NCBI GenBank assembly: GCA_028866135.1
Contig: JAGWIS010000001.1
Location: 13,357 to 77,356 of the forward strand
Direction: 5' to 3'
From: Patescibacteria group bacterium
GTDB lineage: Bacteria; Patescibacteriota; Minisyncoccia; Phycocordibacterales; Phycocordibacteraceae
DNA length: 64,000 nt
A program made the translations under genes and the position numbers. The notes beneath the pieces were generated by a model that was not told where the DNA came from, did no database searches, and was given only the letters and a program-made list of their open reading frames with translations. This document shows positions 1 through 9,565 of the stretch, in pieces; position 1 is the first letter of the stretch, and every line of letters begins with the position of its first letter.

Positions 1-2
1 CG

Positions 3-1133
3 GCGTGCGACGGCTTCGGTCGAGTTGTAATCGGGAACGAGTTTCTCATCGAGTGAAACGAGCGCGCGATTCGTCTCAAGCGGCTGCCCATTCAAAATCT
101 TGCGGACGCAATACGCGACGGCCGCGCCATTCACGAGCGCCGCGCCGCCGAGCTGCGGCCAGGAAACGATGGTCTTCCCCATCTCCATGAGTGATTGCTG
201 CATGCGCTCGGTCACATTCTCCGGTCCGACTAATTTCGTAATCATCTTACCGATACCAAATTTATCAAGTTTTGAAAGCGTCTCGTACGAAACCTCGCCC
301 ATGCGTCCGTGGAAAAATTCCGGCTGCGGGTTGCTGTCTTGGCGTTCAATGTCGACGACGGCATTATCGCCATTATCCGCGGCCATGACGACCGCGATGC
401 GGCGCTTTTTTGCCTGCTCGCGTATGAGATATTTAACCGAAAGGTTATCGAGTTCATCAATAACGATATCGAGATCGGCGCAAAAGTCGTCGATGTTCTC
501 CGGCGTGAGTCCTTCTGAATGCAGCTCGAGTTCCGCGTACGGATTTATCTCATAGATCGTACGCGCAGCCATTTCGACCTTCAGCATGCCGAGGCGATCG
601 GCACCGGCGAGAACGCGGTTCGTATTCGAAAGAGCGAGATGGTCCATATCAGCAAGCTTCATCCGTCTGCCACCTCCACCAAGCGCGATAGCAAACGCAA
701 CCGATGAGCCGACCGAGAGCCCGCCGATGCCAATTTTTGCGTTATAAAATTTCTCCTGTTCCTCCCTTGTTATGAGATTCTGATTTCGCGCCGTGCGGAC
801 AAGATGATATTCGTCTTCAGGTAAGATATGCGCCGCCAGATAGCGCCAAGGAAAATAGGCCCAGCGACCGTGCTCGGAAAGCGACCTCTCGGAGGCAAGC
901 GAGTGGAAATATTCTTGAAATGCCTCCTCAAAACCAGGGGCGTAAACACGCGAGGGGTTGTTAACACCAAAAAGTTCGCGCTGCTGTTCCTCGTAATCGT
1001 CCGAAACCTGCCTGATCGCTCCTTCTTTCACGAGAGCCTCAAAACGAATTCGCTCGTCGCTTTGCGACAGGTCAAAAATCGTCGGCGTCGACGCTACTTT
1101 CTCGGCGCGAAGCTCTTCAAGAGTGTTTTCCAT
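3..1133 (-). CDS. ThiF/E1-like adenylyltransferase, Rv1355c-like (3' end runs off window)
   Basis: Not in the ORF track because it has no stop in the window. Manual translation from ATG at 1133 (after AGGGGGT): MENTLEELRAEK...WAYFPW...RTARNQNLITREEQEKFYNAKIGIGGLSVGSSVA...LADMDHLALSNTNRV...KVEMAARTIYEINPY...DIVIDELD...WPQLG. ThiF Gly-rich loop and D..SNxNR motif present. Confidence 0.85.
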   Translation of the reverse strand, partial: MENTLEELRAEKVASTPTIFDLSQSDERIRFEALVKEGAIRQVSDDYEEQQRELFGVNNPSRVYAPGFEEAFQEYFHSLASERSLSEHGRWAYFPWRYLAAHILPEDEYHLVRTARNQNLITREEQEKFYNAKIGIGGLSVGSSVAFAIALGGGGRRMKLADMDHLALSNTNRVLAGADRLGMLKVEMAARTIYEINPYAELELHSEGLTPENIDDFCADLDIVIDELDNLSVKYLIREQAKKRRIAVVMAADNGDNAVVDIERQDSNPQPEFFHGRMGEVSYETLSKLDKFGIGKMITKLVGPENVTERMQQSLMEMGKTIVSWPQLGGAALVNGAAVAYCVRKILNGQPLETNRALVSLDEKLVPDYNSTEAVAR

Positions 1134-1155
1134 ACCCCCTATGCTAACACGCCGG

Positions 1156-2712
1156 CTACTGACGGATGACCCACTTTTGCTTAATCCCCGGATGGAAATA
1201 TTTGGGGTGTTCGTGCGGCCAGAAAACGACACGGGGCACGACACGCTCACGCATATTGATATAGTTGTTCAAATATTCACCGCTTGATGCCGAAAGGCTC
1301 TTCACAATACTCTCGACGAGGGCCGCGCGTATCGGTTCGCCGTCTTTCACACCGTGCTGGAGCTCGATGTTAATCTCGAGGTACTCATTGTGCTTCGCGT
1401 CATTCTCGGTCGTCATGGTGAAGCGGCCTGTGATGAACTTTTCGAGCGCCGGATTCTGGAGGCCAATCTTCACGTGTTCGGGGAAGATGATCGCGCCGTA
1501 GAGCTTCGTCGAGAGATCCGCGCGCTCGTAGAGATACACGAACGGAAGCTCCATGACCGTATCGTTGATGCTCGCGCGCTTTATCTCGGCGGCAAGATCG
1601 ATGCCGACCTCCTTGCACTTCCGTTCGGCGTCGGCATAGGAGAAGACGCCGCCCTGATCGCCGATGTCGTAGCGGATGAGCGGCAGCACGGCTCCGCCGG
1701 TCGCGTAGACTTCGCCGCCCTTCCCCGCTTCGAATGCAGTGAAGTCGGGGATGAATTGCGCGAGAGTGGGCAAGCGGTGCGCTTCGCTGAACAGCTTCCG
1801 GTAGAGCGCTTCGTGCTTCAGAGCGAGGCGGCGGAGCAGGATCGAAAGCGGCGTCTCGGTCGCCATGGTGCCGAGTTCCGCGCTGCCGTAGATGTTCATG
1901 ACGCTGCGATACGGATCTTTCATGCCCGTCTTCTGCATCAGGTATTCGCGGAAATGCTCGGAGAACGCCTCGGCGGCGCAGATGACGCGCATGTTCCAAT
2001 GCTTCCAATTGATGCCGTGCTCGGGCGCGTCGTCGATGAGGTCTTTTACGAAGGGCGGGTAGCCGCAGAGGATGACTTGCTCGTATGCGGGGCCGATGTG
2101 CGTGAGCGCCTCGAATATTTCCTTTTTGTTCACGCCGGGAGTGATAATCGAAAGCGGCCATCCGCTCTCCGAAATGCGGCTGAATGCCTCATACGTGAGG
2201 ACGCCCCCGATCCAGACCCCCATGCCGAACGCGACGACGACCAGCGTCGGCTTCGACTTGTCGAGACCGCTGCGCTCTATGAAAAGCCGGTGGAATACCA
2301 TCGCAGCATCATGGACGTCGTTGGTGCGCGGAATGTAGAAAGGCTGCCCGGTCGAACCGGATGTCGCGGTGAGGACGAGCGGCTCGTTCGCAAGGGCGCC
2401 GGCCACGCAGAGCTTGTCCCAGGGATGTACCCGCAGATAATTCGCCTTGCTGACGGCCGGGATACGGTCGATGCTCTTCGCGGTCCGGATGGAAGAAGGA
2501 TCAACTCCGAGACGCTCGAGAAAATGCCGGTACGCCGGAACGTTCTTGCAGGCTTCCTTGAAGCGTTTGAAAATCGTCGAAAGAGTGGCGCGCGACCAGT
2601 CCGCGCTCTCGCTGATGCGCAGCTTCGCGATGAAAGAGGGAGACACTGCGAAAGACCGAGGCCGTGCAGGGGTCTTTTTATGTACGCGGGCCGACGAGCG
2701 GCTAGGGCGCAT
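1156..2712 (-). CDS. Phenylacetate-CoA ligase-like adenylate-forming enzyme (PaaK/ANL family)
   Basis: TSGSTG P-loop, YGSAE, RYDIGD motifs; 518 aa. Confidence 0.85.
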   Translation of the reverse strand: MRPSRSSARVHKKTPARPRSFAVSPSFIAKLRISESADWSRATLSTIFKRFKEACKNVPAYRHFLERLGVDPSSIRTAKSIDRIPAVSKANYLRVHPWDKLCVAGALANEPLVLTATSGSTGQPFYIPRTNDVHDAAMVFHRLFIERSGLDKSKPTLVVVAFGMGVWIGGVLTYEAFSRISESGWPLSIITPGVNKKEIFEALTHIGPAYEQVILCGYPPFVKDLIDDAPEHGINWKHWNMRVICAAEAFSEHFREYLMQKTGMKDPYRSVMNIYGSAELGTMATETPLSILLRRLALKHEALYRKLFSEAHRLPTLAQFIPDFTAFEAGKGGEVYATGGAVLPLIRYDIGDQGGVFSYADAERKCKEVGIDLAAEIKRASINDTVMELPFVYLYERADLSTKLYGAIIFPEHVKIGLQNPALEKFITGRFTMTTENDAKHNEYLEINIELQHGVKDGEPIRAALVESIVKSLSASSGEYLNNYINMRERVVPRVVFWPHEHPKYFHPGIKQKWVIRQ

Positions 2713-2738
2713 GATGGGCGCACCCTACCACACAAGCT

Positions 2739-3773
2739 CTACTTTGTGAATAGACGCCTGAGGATATCGAGGACGGCCACTGAATCGGCCGGGGAGGGCA
2801 CGGCGATGCGTAGTGTGTCTTTCAGGAGCGTTTTCGCCTCTGGGAAACGGCTCATCGGCTCACCGAGCGCGACGCGTATGCCCTGCGTGAGGAGCGCGTC
2901 GCGGACGCGCTCAGCACCCGAGGCGCGCATCAGGACGAAATTCGTTTCGGAAGGATACGCTGCAACGCCGGGGAGCGACTGTAGTTTTTTTATAAAATTT
3001 CCGCGCTCCTTAATGACGATCTCGCGCCGCGCTTTCACTTTGTCTGTGCGTGCGAGGAGCGCGAGCGCGGAGAGAACGCTCGCGTGCGCGACCGGCCACG
3101 GCAGCATCAGCTTCTCCACTTTCTTAATAATGTCCGGGGCGGCGATCGCGTAGCCGACACGCGCGCCCGAGAGGCCGAACGCTTTCGAGAGCGTCCGGGT
3201 GATGATCAGATTCGGGAGCTCGGCGAGGCGCGGCAAAAACGTCGCCCCGGAAGAGAATTCAAAATATGCTTCATCGGAGACGACGAGCGTCTTGCTTCCC
3301 CGGGCGGCTGCGGCGAGCTCGGAAATATCCTGCGCCGACAAAGGGCAGCCGAGAGGGTTATTGGGATGGCAGAGAAAAAGCACTTTCGCCGAACCGCTCT
3401 CAAGCGCCTTCACGGTTTTCGCAAGCGGAAACGCGAACCGGCCATCCCGCTCCTCATACGGGATGGCGATCGTCTTTGCGCCGACGCGGTCGAGAATGGA
3501 TTCGTAACCGTAGAAGGTCGGCACGGGCAAGAGCGCTTCCCCGCCCCCGCCCGCGTACGCACGGGCGATATGCTCTATCGCCGCATCGGAGCCGGGAGCG
3601 ACGAGCACTTGATCCTTTCCGACGCCCGCGTACGCCGCAAGCGCACTCTTCAGTTCTCCGTAATCCGGATAGGTCGAGAATTCGCGCGCGCCGCAGGCGC
3701 GCGCCGCTTCCACCAGCTCGTCATCAAGGAGCCAGTAGCTTTCATTCCGATCCAGCGGCATCATATCGCCCAC
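2739..3773 (-). CDS. Histidinol-phosphate aminotransferase-like PLP enzyme (class I/II)
   Basis: LDRNE, YPD, HPNNPLG, DEAY, RTLSKAFGLSGARVGY (PLP lysine); start could be 3764. Confidence 0.85.
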   Translation of the reverse strand: MGDMMPLDRNESYWLLDDELVEAARACGAREFSTYPDYGELKSALAAYAGVGKDQVLVAPGSDAAIEHIARAYAGGGGEALLPVPTFYGYESILDRVGAKTIAIPYEERDGRFAFPLAKTVKALESGSAKVLFLCHPNNPLGCPLSAQDISELAAAARGSKTLVVSDEAYFEFSSGATFLPRLAELPNLIITRTLSKAFGLSGARVGYAIAAPDIIKKVEKLMLPWPVAHASVLSALALLARTDKVKARREIVIKERGNFIKKLQSLPGVAAYPSETNFVLMRASGAERVRDALLTQGIRVALGEPMSRFPEAKTLLKDTLRIAVPSPADSVAVLDILRRLFTK

Positions 3774-3898
3774 TCATTGTACTCCACCCAGAAGCCCCGC
3801 TTGCTCGCGAAAGTAATGGGCCTAAAAACCAACCAGAACGAGGGGTTTCGGTACTGGTTCCTGGCTCATAGCCCCCTTATAATGGTACATAACTATTT

Positions 3899-4441
3899 AT
3901 GTACGAAATCGAACATCGCGCAGTACTCACCGAAGCAGCCTACAAGGAGCTGTCTGAGAAATTGGCGCGAAAGGCAACATTGTTGGGGGCTGACGATAAA
4001 GAGGTTTCCTACTATATTTTCCCTGATAAGCTCCTGAAGGTTGTACGAAATATCTCAAAAGGTAATGCGAAACTGTCTTTGAAGCTAAATCCACTTGGAG
4101 CAGGCTCGTCATTCCAGGAATTTGAAGTTCCCTTCCCCGAGGACTCGTTCGAGACGATGAAGAATATCTGCGCTGGCATTAGCGCTCCGGACCAAATAAT
4201 CAGCGGCACACAAAAACGTACAAACTATGAATACCAAGGGATCGAAATAGCTCTTAAGTGGAGTGAGGATTGGGGTTATCATGCTGAATTCGAAATCATG
4301 ATTTCTGACCAATCAGAAAAAGAAGCGGCTGATAATCGCATTCGAGAAGTAGCACGGACTTTTTCAGTACCGCTTATGACTGAAAAAGAGGTGGCAGCAT
4401 TTTCAGCCAAAGTCAGAGCAAAAAAGAAAGCTTCTAAGTAA
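3899..4441 (+). CDS. CYTH-domain (triphosphate tunnel metalloenzyme / class IV adenylate cyclase-like) protein
   Basis: N-terminal EIEHR (ExExK-like), KRTNY, later EFE motif. Confidence 0.75.
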   Translation: MYEIEHRAVLTEAAYKELSEKLARKATLLGADDKEVSYYIFPDKLLKVVRNISKGNAKLSLKLNPLGAGSSFQEFEVPFPEDSFETMKNICAGISAPDQIISGTQKRTNYEYQGIEIALKWSEDWGYHAEFEIMISDQSEKEAADNRIREVARTFSVPLMTEKEVAAFSAKVRAKKKASK

Positions 4442-4558
4442 TACTGCTGGTTGGGGCATCCCTAACGAGGTGTTTACGTATTTAAAAATTTGTACTACAC
4501 TGCGATTGTTACGAATAAGTTTGCGGTTTCTTGAGTTCAAATCTGGACTAAATAAACT

Positions 4559-5173
4559 ATGCATAACATACTAATTTTTGGAGATAGCATTGCGGCTGGA
4601 AGAAAAGTTGAGAAAATTAGATCGTGGCCTCTTTTGCTGTCTCAATATATTGACCGGGAAGACAAAGATTTCACTCTTGTCCATAATTTGAGCATTCCGG
4701 GGGAGACGACCAACGAAATTGTTAAGCGGTTTCCAACTGAAGCTGAAGCGAGATGTAAAAGAATATACCCCAACGACCATTCATCCATCATTTTCGCAGC
4801 GGGTATCAATGATACAAAAAGCGTCAAAGTCAGAGACGATTCCATTACAAACACAGAGGACTTCAAGAACAATATCGAGCTACTTATTGAGAATGCACGA
4901 AAGTGTACCGATCACATTATTTTTGTCGGTTTAACCCCAGTTGATGAAGGGAAAACGATACCAGCAGGCGACGCTTATTTTTTGAATGAACAAATAAAAT
5001 CTTACGAGAAAATTATCGATCGTATATGCAAGGAAAACAAGATTGGACTTTTAAGTATCATTGATGAATGGTTAACGATTGACTATATCCGGCTGTTATC
5101 GGATGACGGCATCCATCCTAATGAAATGGGGCATCAAAGAATTTTTGAAAAAATAAGACCTTTCTTTTCGTGA
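4559..5173 (+). CDS. SGNH/GDSL hydrolase
   Basis: FGDSI block I, GIND block III, DGIHPN block V. Confidence 0.9.
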   Translation: MHNILIFGDSIAAGRKVEKIRSWPLLLSQYIDREDKDFTLVHNLSIPGETTNEIVKRFPTEAEARCKRIYPNDHSSIIFAAGINDTKSVKVRDDSITNTEDFKNNIELLIENARKCTDHIIFVGLTPVDEGKTIPAGDAYFLNEQIKSYEKIIDRICKENKIGLLSIIDEWLTIDYIRLLSDDGIHPNEMGHQRIFEKIRPFFS

Positions 5174-5176
5174 GTT

Positions 5177-6607
5177 ATGGGCAATCAAAAGAGATATTTT
5201 ATTGATATCGCACACATGCATCCTGTGTGTCCACTAAGTCTTAGTCATGCAAGAATTTTTGCCTTGGCAGATGTATGGGCCCGATGGAAACGAAAACAAG
5301 GTCATACTGTCAGATTCCCAGTTTGTATGCACTATAGCGGTTCCACTGTATTTAAACTTACCTCAGCAATATCAAGATTTAAACAAGAACAACTACTCAC
5401 TTCGGCAGACAAACAGACGTTGGAACTACTTTTAAAATTCTATAACGTACCAAAACAGGAGCTGGAGGGACTGTCCGAACCGATCAGCGTTTTAGATTAT
5501 TTCAGCGAGGTGATTCTGAATGACTTAAAAAATATTCAGATAAGTTGTGATTACGATGAATATTTTAATACGATGGATATATATTATCAGGAATTTGTCC
5601 GAGCAGTCTTCGATATTTATGAAGATGAGGGATTTATCACGACTCACAACCATAAAAAATCATTGAATTATCCTCTGTATTCATTCAAAGAATCTGCCGC
5701 AAAAAGATTGAATGAAACAAGATTTACTCCACGCTCGGCAAAAACTATGGTTGCGGAATCTCTGAAGAGACTCGATACAGAATGGTCATTCGAAAGAACA
5801 CACTCAATCGGCACGCGTATTAACGAACAAACCATAGACCCAATGTTTGACGCTGAATTTCTCAGTATTTTTAACACGATATATCCCTATCTGAAAAAAC
5901 AAAACACCAACAAGTCAAGATTGAAAACTCTATTAAGAGAGTTTTTGTACAAAATGAACAATCCTAACAATGATGTTTCACCCGCTGCCGGCGAACTTTA
6001 TTTAAAAGCACTGGAGATTTTGCCGGCCGATATATTTTTTGTGGAGAGACACTTACAAAACTGGGTTGCGAAGAGAACATATGCGGAAGTAATTTTATTG
6101 CCATCTCATCTGTCAACGCGCGAGTATTTCTTTCTCGGCTCAATCACTAAGAACGGACGAATAGATTCTGCTTCGAAAGGATATGGAATGACATTATCCC
6201 AACTAGCAAAAGAGGCCGGCTCAGAAAATACAAGATTGGCTTTGTTGTTGAGTTTCGGTGTATCGCATAGAGACTACGAGTGGGACTCTACAGTAGAACA
6301 TGTCAGAAGAATGATGTTGCAGTTTAATGACTTCGTTAATTACCTTAAAAAATATAAAATCAAAGAACGCCCGAATAGAATAAGCGATCTACTTAAAAGT
6401 CGAAATAAAGAAATGGAAGAACTTATTCAGCGCGGAAATATAAGAAAAATACTACTTATAATTTTTGTTGAGCTACCAAGAACAATACGATCTATGCTTG
6501 GAACTGTTCCGGCAATGGAAAAAGAGAATTACGAAGTACTAGATTTTTTCTCGGGTTGGTTTGAGATCCTCTGCCCATCTCTTAAAGAAAAATTATATGG
6601 AAACTAA
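5177..6607 (+). CDS. Class I aminoacyl-tRNA synthetase paralog (archaeal-type LeuRS-like, lacking editing domain, degenerate HIGH/KMSKS)
   Basis: PLSLSHARIFALADVWARWKRKQGHTVRFPVCMHYSG matches the archaeal LeuRS pattern HxGHARTY..PDV.AR.KRMQG.NVLFP..WH.TG; NGRIDSASKG occupies the GxKMSKSKG position; only 476 aa. Confidence 0.75.
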   Translation: MGNQKRYFIDIAHMHPVCPLSLSHARIFALADVWARWKRKQGHTVRFPVCMHYSGSTVFKLTSAISRFKQEQLLTSADKQTLELLLKFYNVPKQELEGLSEPISVLDYFSEVILNDLKNIQISCDYDEYFNTMDIYYQEFVRAVFDIYEDEGFITTHNHKKSLNYPLYSFKESAAKRLNETRFTPRSAKTMVAESLKRLDTEWSFERTHSIGTRINEQTIDPMFDAEFLSIFNTIYPYLKKQNTNKSRLKTLLREFLYKMNNPNNDVSPAAGELYLKALEILPADIFFVERHLQNWVAKRTYAEVILLPSHLSTREYFFLGSITKNGRIDSASKGYGMTLSQLAKEAGSENTRLALLLSFGVSHRDYEWDSTVEHVRRMMLQFNDFVNYLKKYKIKERPNRISDLLKSRNKEMEELIQRGNIRKILLIIFVELPRTIRSMLGTVPAMEKENYEVLDFFSGWFEILCPSLKEKLYGN

Positions 6608-6812
6608 TTATTCAGACTACACGAATTTATACAAAATATTTGCTACAAGTAAGGGTTACTACGAAGCTTGCGATTATTTATCCTTCCAGGATAACCGGTG
6701 GGGAGAGATTGATAGATATTTGAATCTGATTGAGATGACCATTGCGGATACGGTGGAAAGAAATGGCGGAAAGAAACTTTCCCTTTTGAACGCACAAGGT
6801 ACATGTGAGTAA
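6597..6812 (+). pseudogene. Probable N-terminal fragment of a gene translationally coupled to the LeuRS paralog, cut at a junction with the NUDIX gene
   Basis: ATG overlaps the end of the upstream gene; same low GC; its end overlaps the convergent NUDIX reading frame. Confidence 0.45.
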
Positions 6813-7065
6813 CGATTTTCTTACCTGTCTTGTGAAGATATGCATTATCTGGTAGCTGAGCCAATACGTCCACTTTTAAGCCTGTTTCTTCCTCAACTTC
6901 TCTTATGCAGGCCGCTACTGGTGTCTCGCCGGCTTCGATATGTCCCTTGGGAAACGACCAATCCTTTTCTTTCGCCCTATATATAAGGGCTACTCGGGCA
7001 GAATCATCATGATGCAATACTATGGCACCAGCTTTCTCTACCTGATCTTTTTGAGTCTGTTCCAT
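6643..7065 (-). CDS. NUDIX hydrolase, native C-terminus probably lost
   Basis: Nudix box GHIEAGETPVAACIREVEEETG; sequence after YLVRSKG is the antisense of the neighbouring ORF. Confidence 0.75.
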   Translation of the reverse strand: MEQTQKDQVEKAGAIVLHHDDSARVALIYRAKEKDWSFPKGHIEAGETPVAACIREVEEETGLKVDVLAQLPDNAYLHKTGKKIVTHMYLVRSKGKVSFRHFFPPYPQWSSQSDSNIYQSLPTGYPGRINNRKLRSNPYL

Positions 7066-7069
7066 AGTT

Positions 7070-7897
7070 TTAAAATCCGCTGCCACATTTTTCGCCAAGC
7101 AGAAATGCCTCATCGCCAACTCGTCCCCGGTTTCGAGCAAAAAGAATGACACTGTTTTTCCCAGTTTTCACCTCTTCCCCTCCATCCGTGCCAACGACCT
7201 GGCCCTTTTTTATTTCTTCAAAGTCGGCAAAGGGCTTCGACAAAGTAAAATTATCCGTCCTTGTGAAATACAAATCATACATACGAACATGCGATTGCCG
7301 CTTCGCCGCAATATCATTCGACAGGTGTCCTCTCGCCTTAAGAAAGGCAAAAATACTTTCCTCCGCAGTTTTGATCGATTCAGGACTCCCCAAGTACCCA
7401 CACTCAACACAGATACCGACTTTGCCGATGCTGTTCATGTAATAGTCGGTTCCGCCCGGCTGTACATCGTCAAATCCGGAAACGACCAGATCAACCGGCA
7501 AGTATTCTATAATCCCTTTTGCATTTGCTTCGCAAATCGCAAATACCTTGCTGTTTGGAGTGGAGCTTGCGTGGATATCCAAAAGTGCCTCGGCTTTGCC
7601 CAAATAGGTTTTTAGAAATTGAGCCCTCTGATATTCGTAGCTTTCTTTCTCCTTTTTCGAGAGCAGCTCATTATTTTTGAACATCCTGTTCAGATTAGTC
7701 TCCGTGTACCGCTTATTTGCCTCGATTGCGCGGGGATTTCCATAGCCAAACAGAACGTTTCCCTTCTCTATTTTGAGGCTCGGCAAAATCTTTTTCAGCG
7801 CCTCGACCCCGCACTGCTCATTGCCGTGTATACCGGCGAGAATGATGCTCGTCGGCCCCTCCTCTTTTCCTATCAGTTCTGTAATTTCTTCAGACAT
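7070..7897 (-). CDS. Succinylglutamate desuccinylase/aspartoacylase family (M14-like) hydrolase
   Basis: GIHGNE, NLNRMF, LLDIH, VECG motifs. Confidence 0.85.
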   Translation of the reverse strand: MSEEITELIGKEEGPTSIILAGIHGNEQCGVEALKKILPSLKIEKGNVLFGYGNPRAIEANKRYTETNLNRMFKNNELLSKKEKESYEYQRAQFLKTYLGKAEALLDIHASSTPNSKVFAICEANAKGIIEYLPVDLVVSGFDDVQPGGTDYYMNSIGKVGICVECGYLGSPESIKTAEESIFAFLKARGHLSNDIAAKRQSHVRMYDLYFTRTDNFTLSKPFADFEEIKKGQVVGTDGGEEVKTGKNSVILFARNRGRVGDEAFLLGEKCGSGF

Positions 7898-7908
7898 ACT
7901 GCTAATGC

Positions 7909-8904
7909 TTATCCTGTGTGAAGAGGTTGGTCAAATAATTGAGGTTCTCGGATAAAAAAAGAAATCCGTTCGAGGTCGGCTTTCAGAAAAACGTCGGGAC
8001 GAGTATTCCCTAAAACATAATGTTCGTGCTCGATCCAGATACTATGAATTGACTTCAGATAGTATGCCCTGAGACCGCGCTCGATTTCATCATCTGGCAT
8101 TGGATATGATTCGAGATAGGCCCTCAGATAGAGCTCGGCGCGCCGGATGTCACCGTTTGTTGTCCCGCTGCTGAGCAAACTATACATAACCGAGCGAAAG
8201 AGTTCATACGACCTAGGCCCGTATTGAGTCTTTTCGAAATCAAAAACGTATTCCACGTTGTCCTGAGCATCAAAAAAGACATTGTGGTCAAGATAGTCGC
8301 CATGGAGCAGGTGGTCATTTGAAAGACGAAGTGAGTCGAAGGTCGTGGTGTTTTGTGTCGCGAGTTCCATTTTCAGACGCACGCTTCGAAGCGCCAACAT
8401 ATCAAAATCCGATGCGGCCGCTCCTTGTGGGATTTTCTCTAAAACGGCTGCCGCTTTTGCAAGGAAAATCTCTTTGTTCCACGGGTTGAACGTATTTTCG
8501 ATTGCAAGAGTACTGTCTCTGCCGCGTAGGTGAATCCGCGCAAGCATCTTCCCCATCGAAGAAATGGCCTGACTGGTTAATGCCTCTCGTTCCAAATGCC
8601 TTCCTGCGACAAACGGGAAAAGAGCATAGTAGTTAGTGTCATGGAGAAAGAATGTGTCTTGCGTGCGGGTGCGCAGCGGCAAGATAACTGGGATGTCACC
8701 GTCTGCAAAATACTGCTTGGCGAGATGGATTTCTTTTATTTTCTGCTCGTTATCAAAGCGATACTTCTTGAGGAAAAACTTGTCGCGTCCAGACATTATT
8801 ACGTAGTTCTCGCTCAATACGCCTTTTGCCACACGCTCTAAATTGGATGCCGCGGTCGGTAATTGATAGTAATCGGTTATATCCGTGAGAAGAGATTTGT
8901 TCAT
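7909..8904 (-). CDS. Phosphotransferase (homoserine kinase type II / APH family)
   Basis: LARIH, LLHGDYLDHNV, FDFE motifs. Confidence 0.85.
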   Translation of the reverse strand: MNKSLLTDITDYYQLPTAASNLERVAKGVLSENYVIMSGRDKFFLKKYRFDNEQKIKEIHLAKQYFADGDIPVILPLRTRTQDTFFLHDTNYYALFPFVAGRHLEREALTSQAISSMGKMLARIHLRGRDSTLAIENTFNPWNKEIFLAKAAAVLEKIPQGAAASDFDMLALRSVRLKMELATQNTTTFDSLRLSNDHLLHGDYLDHNVFFDAQDNVEYVFDFEKTQYGPRSYELFRSVMYSLLSSGTTNGDIRRAELYLRAYLESYPMPDDEIERGLRAYYLKSIHSIWIEHEHYVLGNTRPDVFLKADLERISFFIREPQLFDQPLHTG

Positions 8905-8937
8905 GTGATCAAGCTTGGGAGCTTCGCTTTCAAGCGG

Positions 8938-9171
8938 CTATGCGGTTTTACCGGTGTATCTGAAACGCGGGACTTTCTTGCCGCCCACTTCCACGAGCTC
9001 GGTAAACATGGCGAGCGGGCGCACCCATAGCCCGCCGTCGTCATCGAGGTGCCGGTACACGACGAGTTTCTCCAGGGTCTCGCTGTGGCTTGCGACGCCG
9101 ATGACTTCGTAGGAATTCCCTTTGTAGTGCTCGTAGACGCCGAGCGGCAGCTCCCCTTCTGACTTGGTCAT
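8938..9171 (-). CDS. DUF1653 family protein
   Basis: GVYEHYKGNSYEVIGVASHSETLEKLVVYR...LWVRPLAMF. Confidence 0.85.
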   Translation of the reverse strand: MTKSEGELPLGVYEHYKGNSYEVIGVASHSETLEKLVVYRHLDDDGGLWVRPLAMFTELVEVGGKKVPRFRYTGKTA

Positions 9172-9178
9172 ACGAAAA

Positions 9179-9550
9179 TCACGCGAGGTAGAACAGCGAT
9201 AAACCGACGGCAATCGCGACGATGCCGAAGTAGCTCACCGATTCGAGAACTTTCTTGCTGGCCATCTTGTGAAGCGTCTCGGGCACGAAGATGTACGCCA
9301 GCCCCTTGAGGAGGACGAGCCAGGTGAAGACCGTAACGACCGTGCGCCATGAGCCGTCCCAGATATTGTGCTCGATGAGCAGAAGCGTCGACAGGAAGAT
9401 CAGTATCACGCCGGTCAGATACACAATAGCGGGGTGGCCGAAGAAATCCTTGAGCAGGTGCGGAATCGTCTTCCCGCGGAAGAGAAGGAAGAATCCGCTT
9501 ATGATGAGATAGATTCCGAGCACCTTCGCAGCGACCAAAGAAGTGTCCAT
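9179..9550 (-). CDS. Small four-helix membrane protein
   Basis: Four hydrophobic segments, HNIW motif; TGCTATACT -10 element 6 nt upstream of ATG. Confidence 0.75.
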   Translation of the reverse strand: MDTSLVAAKVLGIYLIISGFFLLFRGKTIPHLLKDFFGHPAIVYLTGVILIFLSTLLLIEHNIWDGSWRTVVTVFTWLVLLKGLAYIFVPETLHKMASKKVLESVSYFGIVAIAVGLSLFYLA

Positions 9551-9565
9551 GGCGAAAGTATAGCA

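Noticed and set aside
1354-3153. 599-aa plus-strand ORF, and similar long ORFs at 15718-16920, 44940-46202, 49444-50904, 52860-55037 and 60182-61189
   Set aside because: Antisense shadows of well-supported genes in high-GC DNA; no recognisable motifs.
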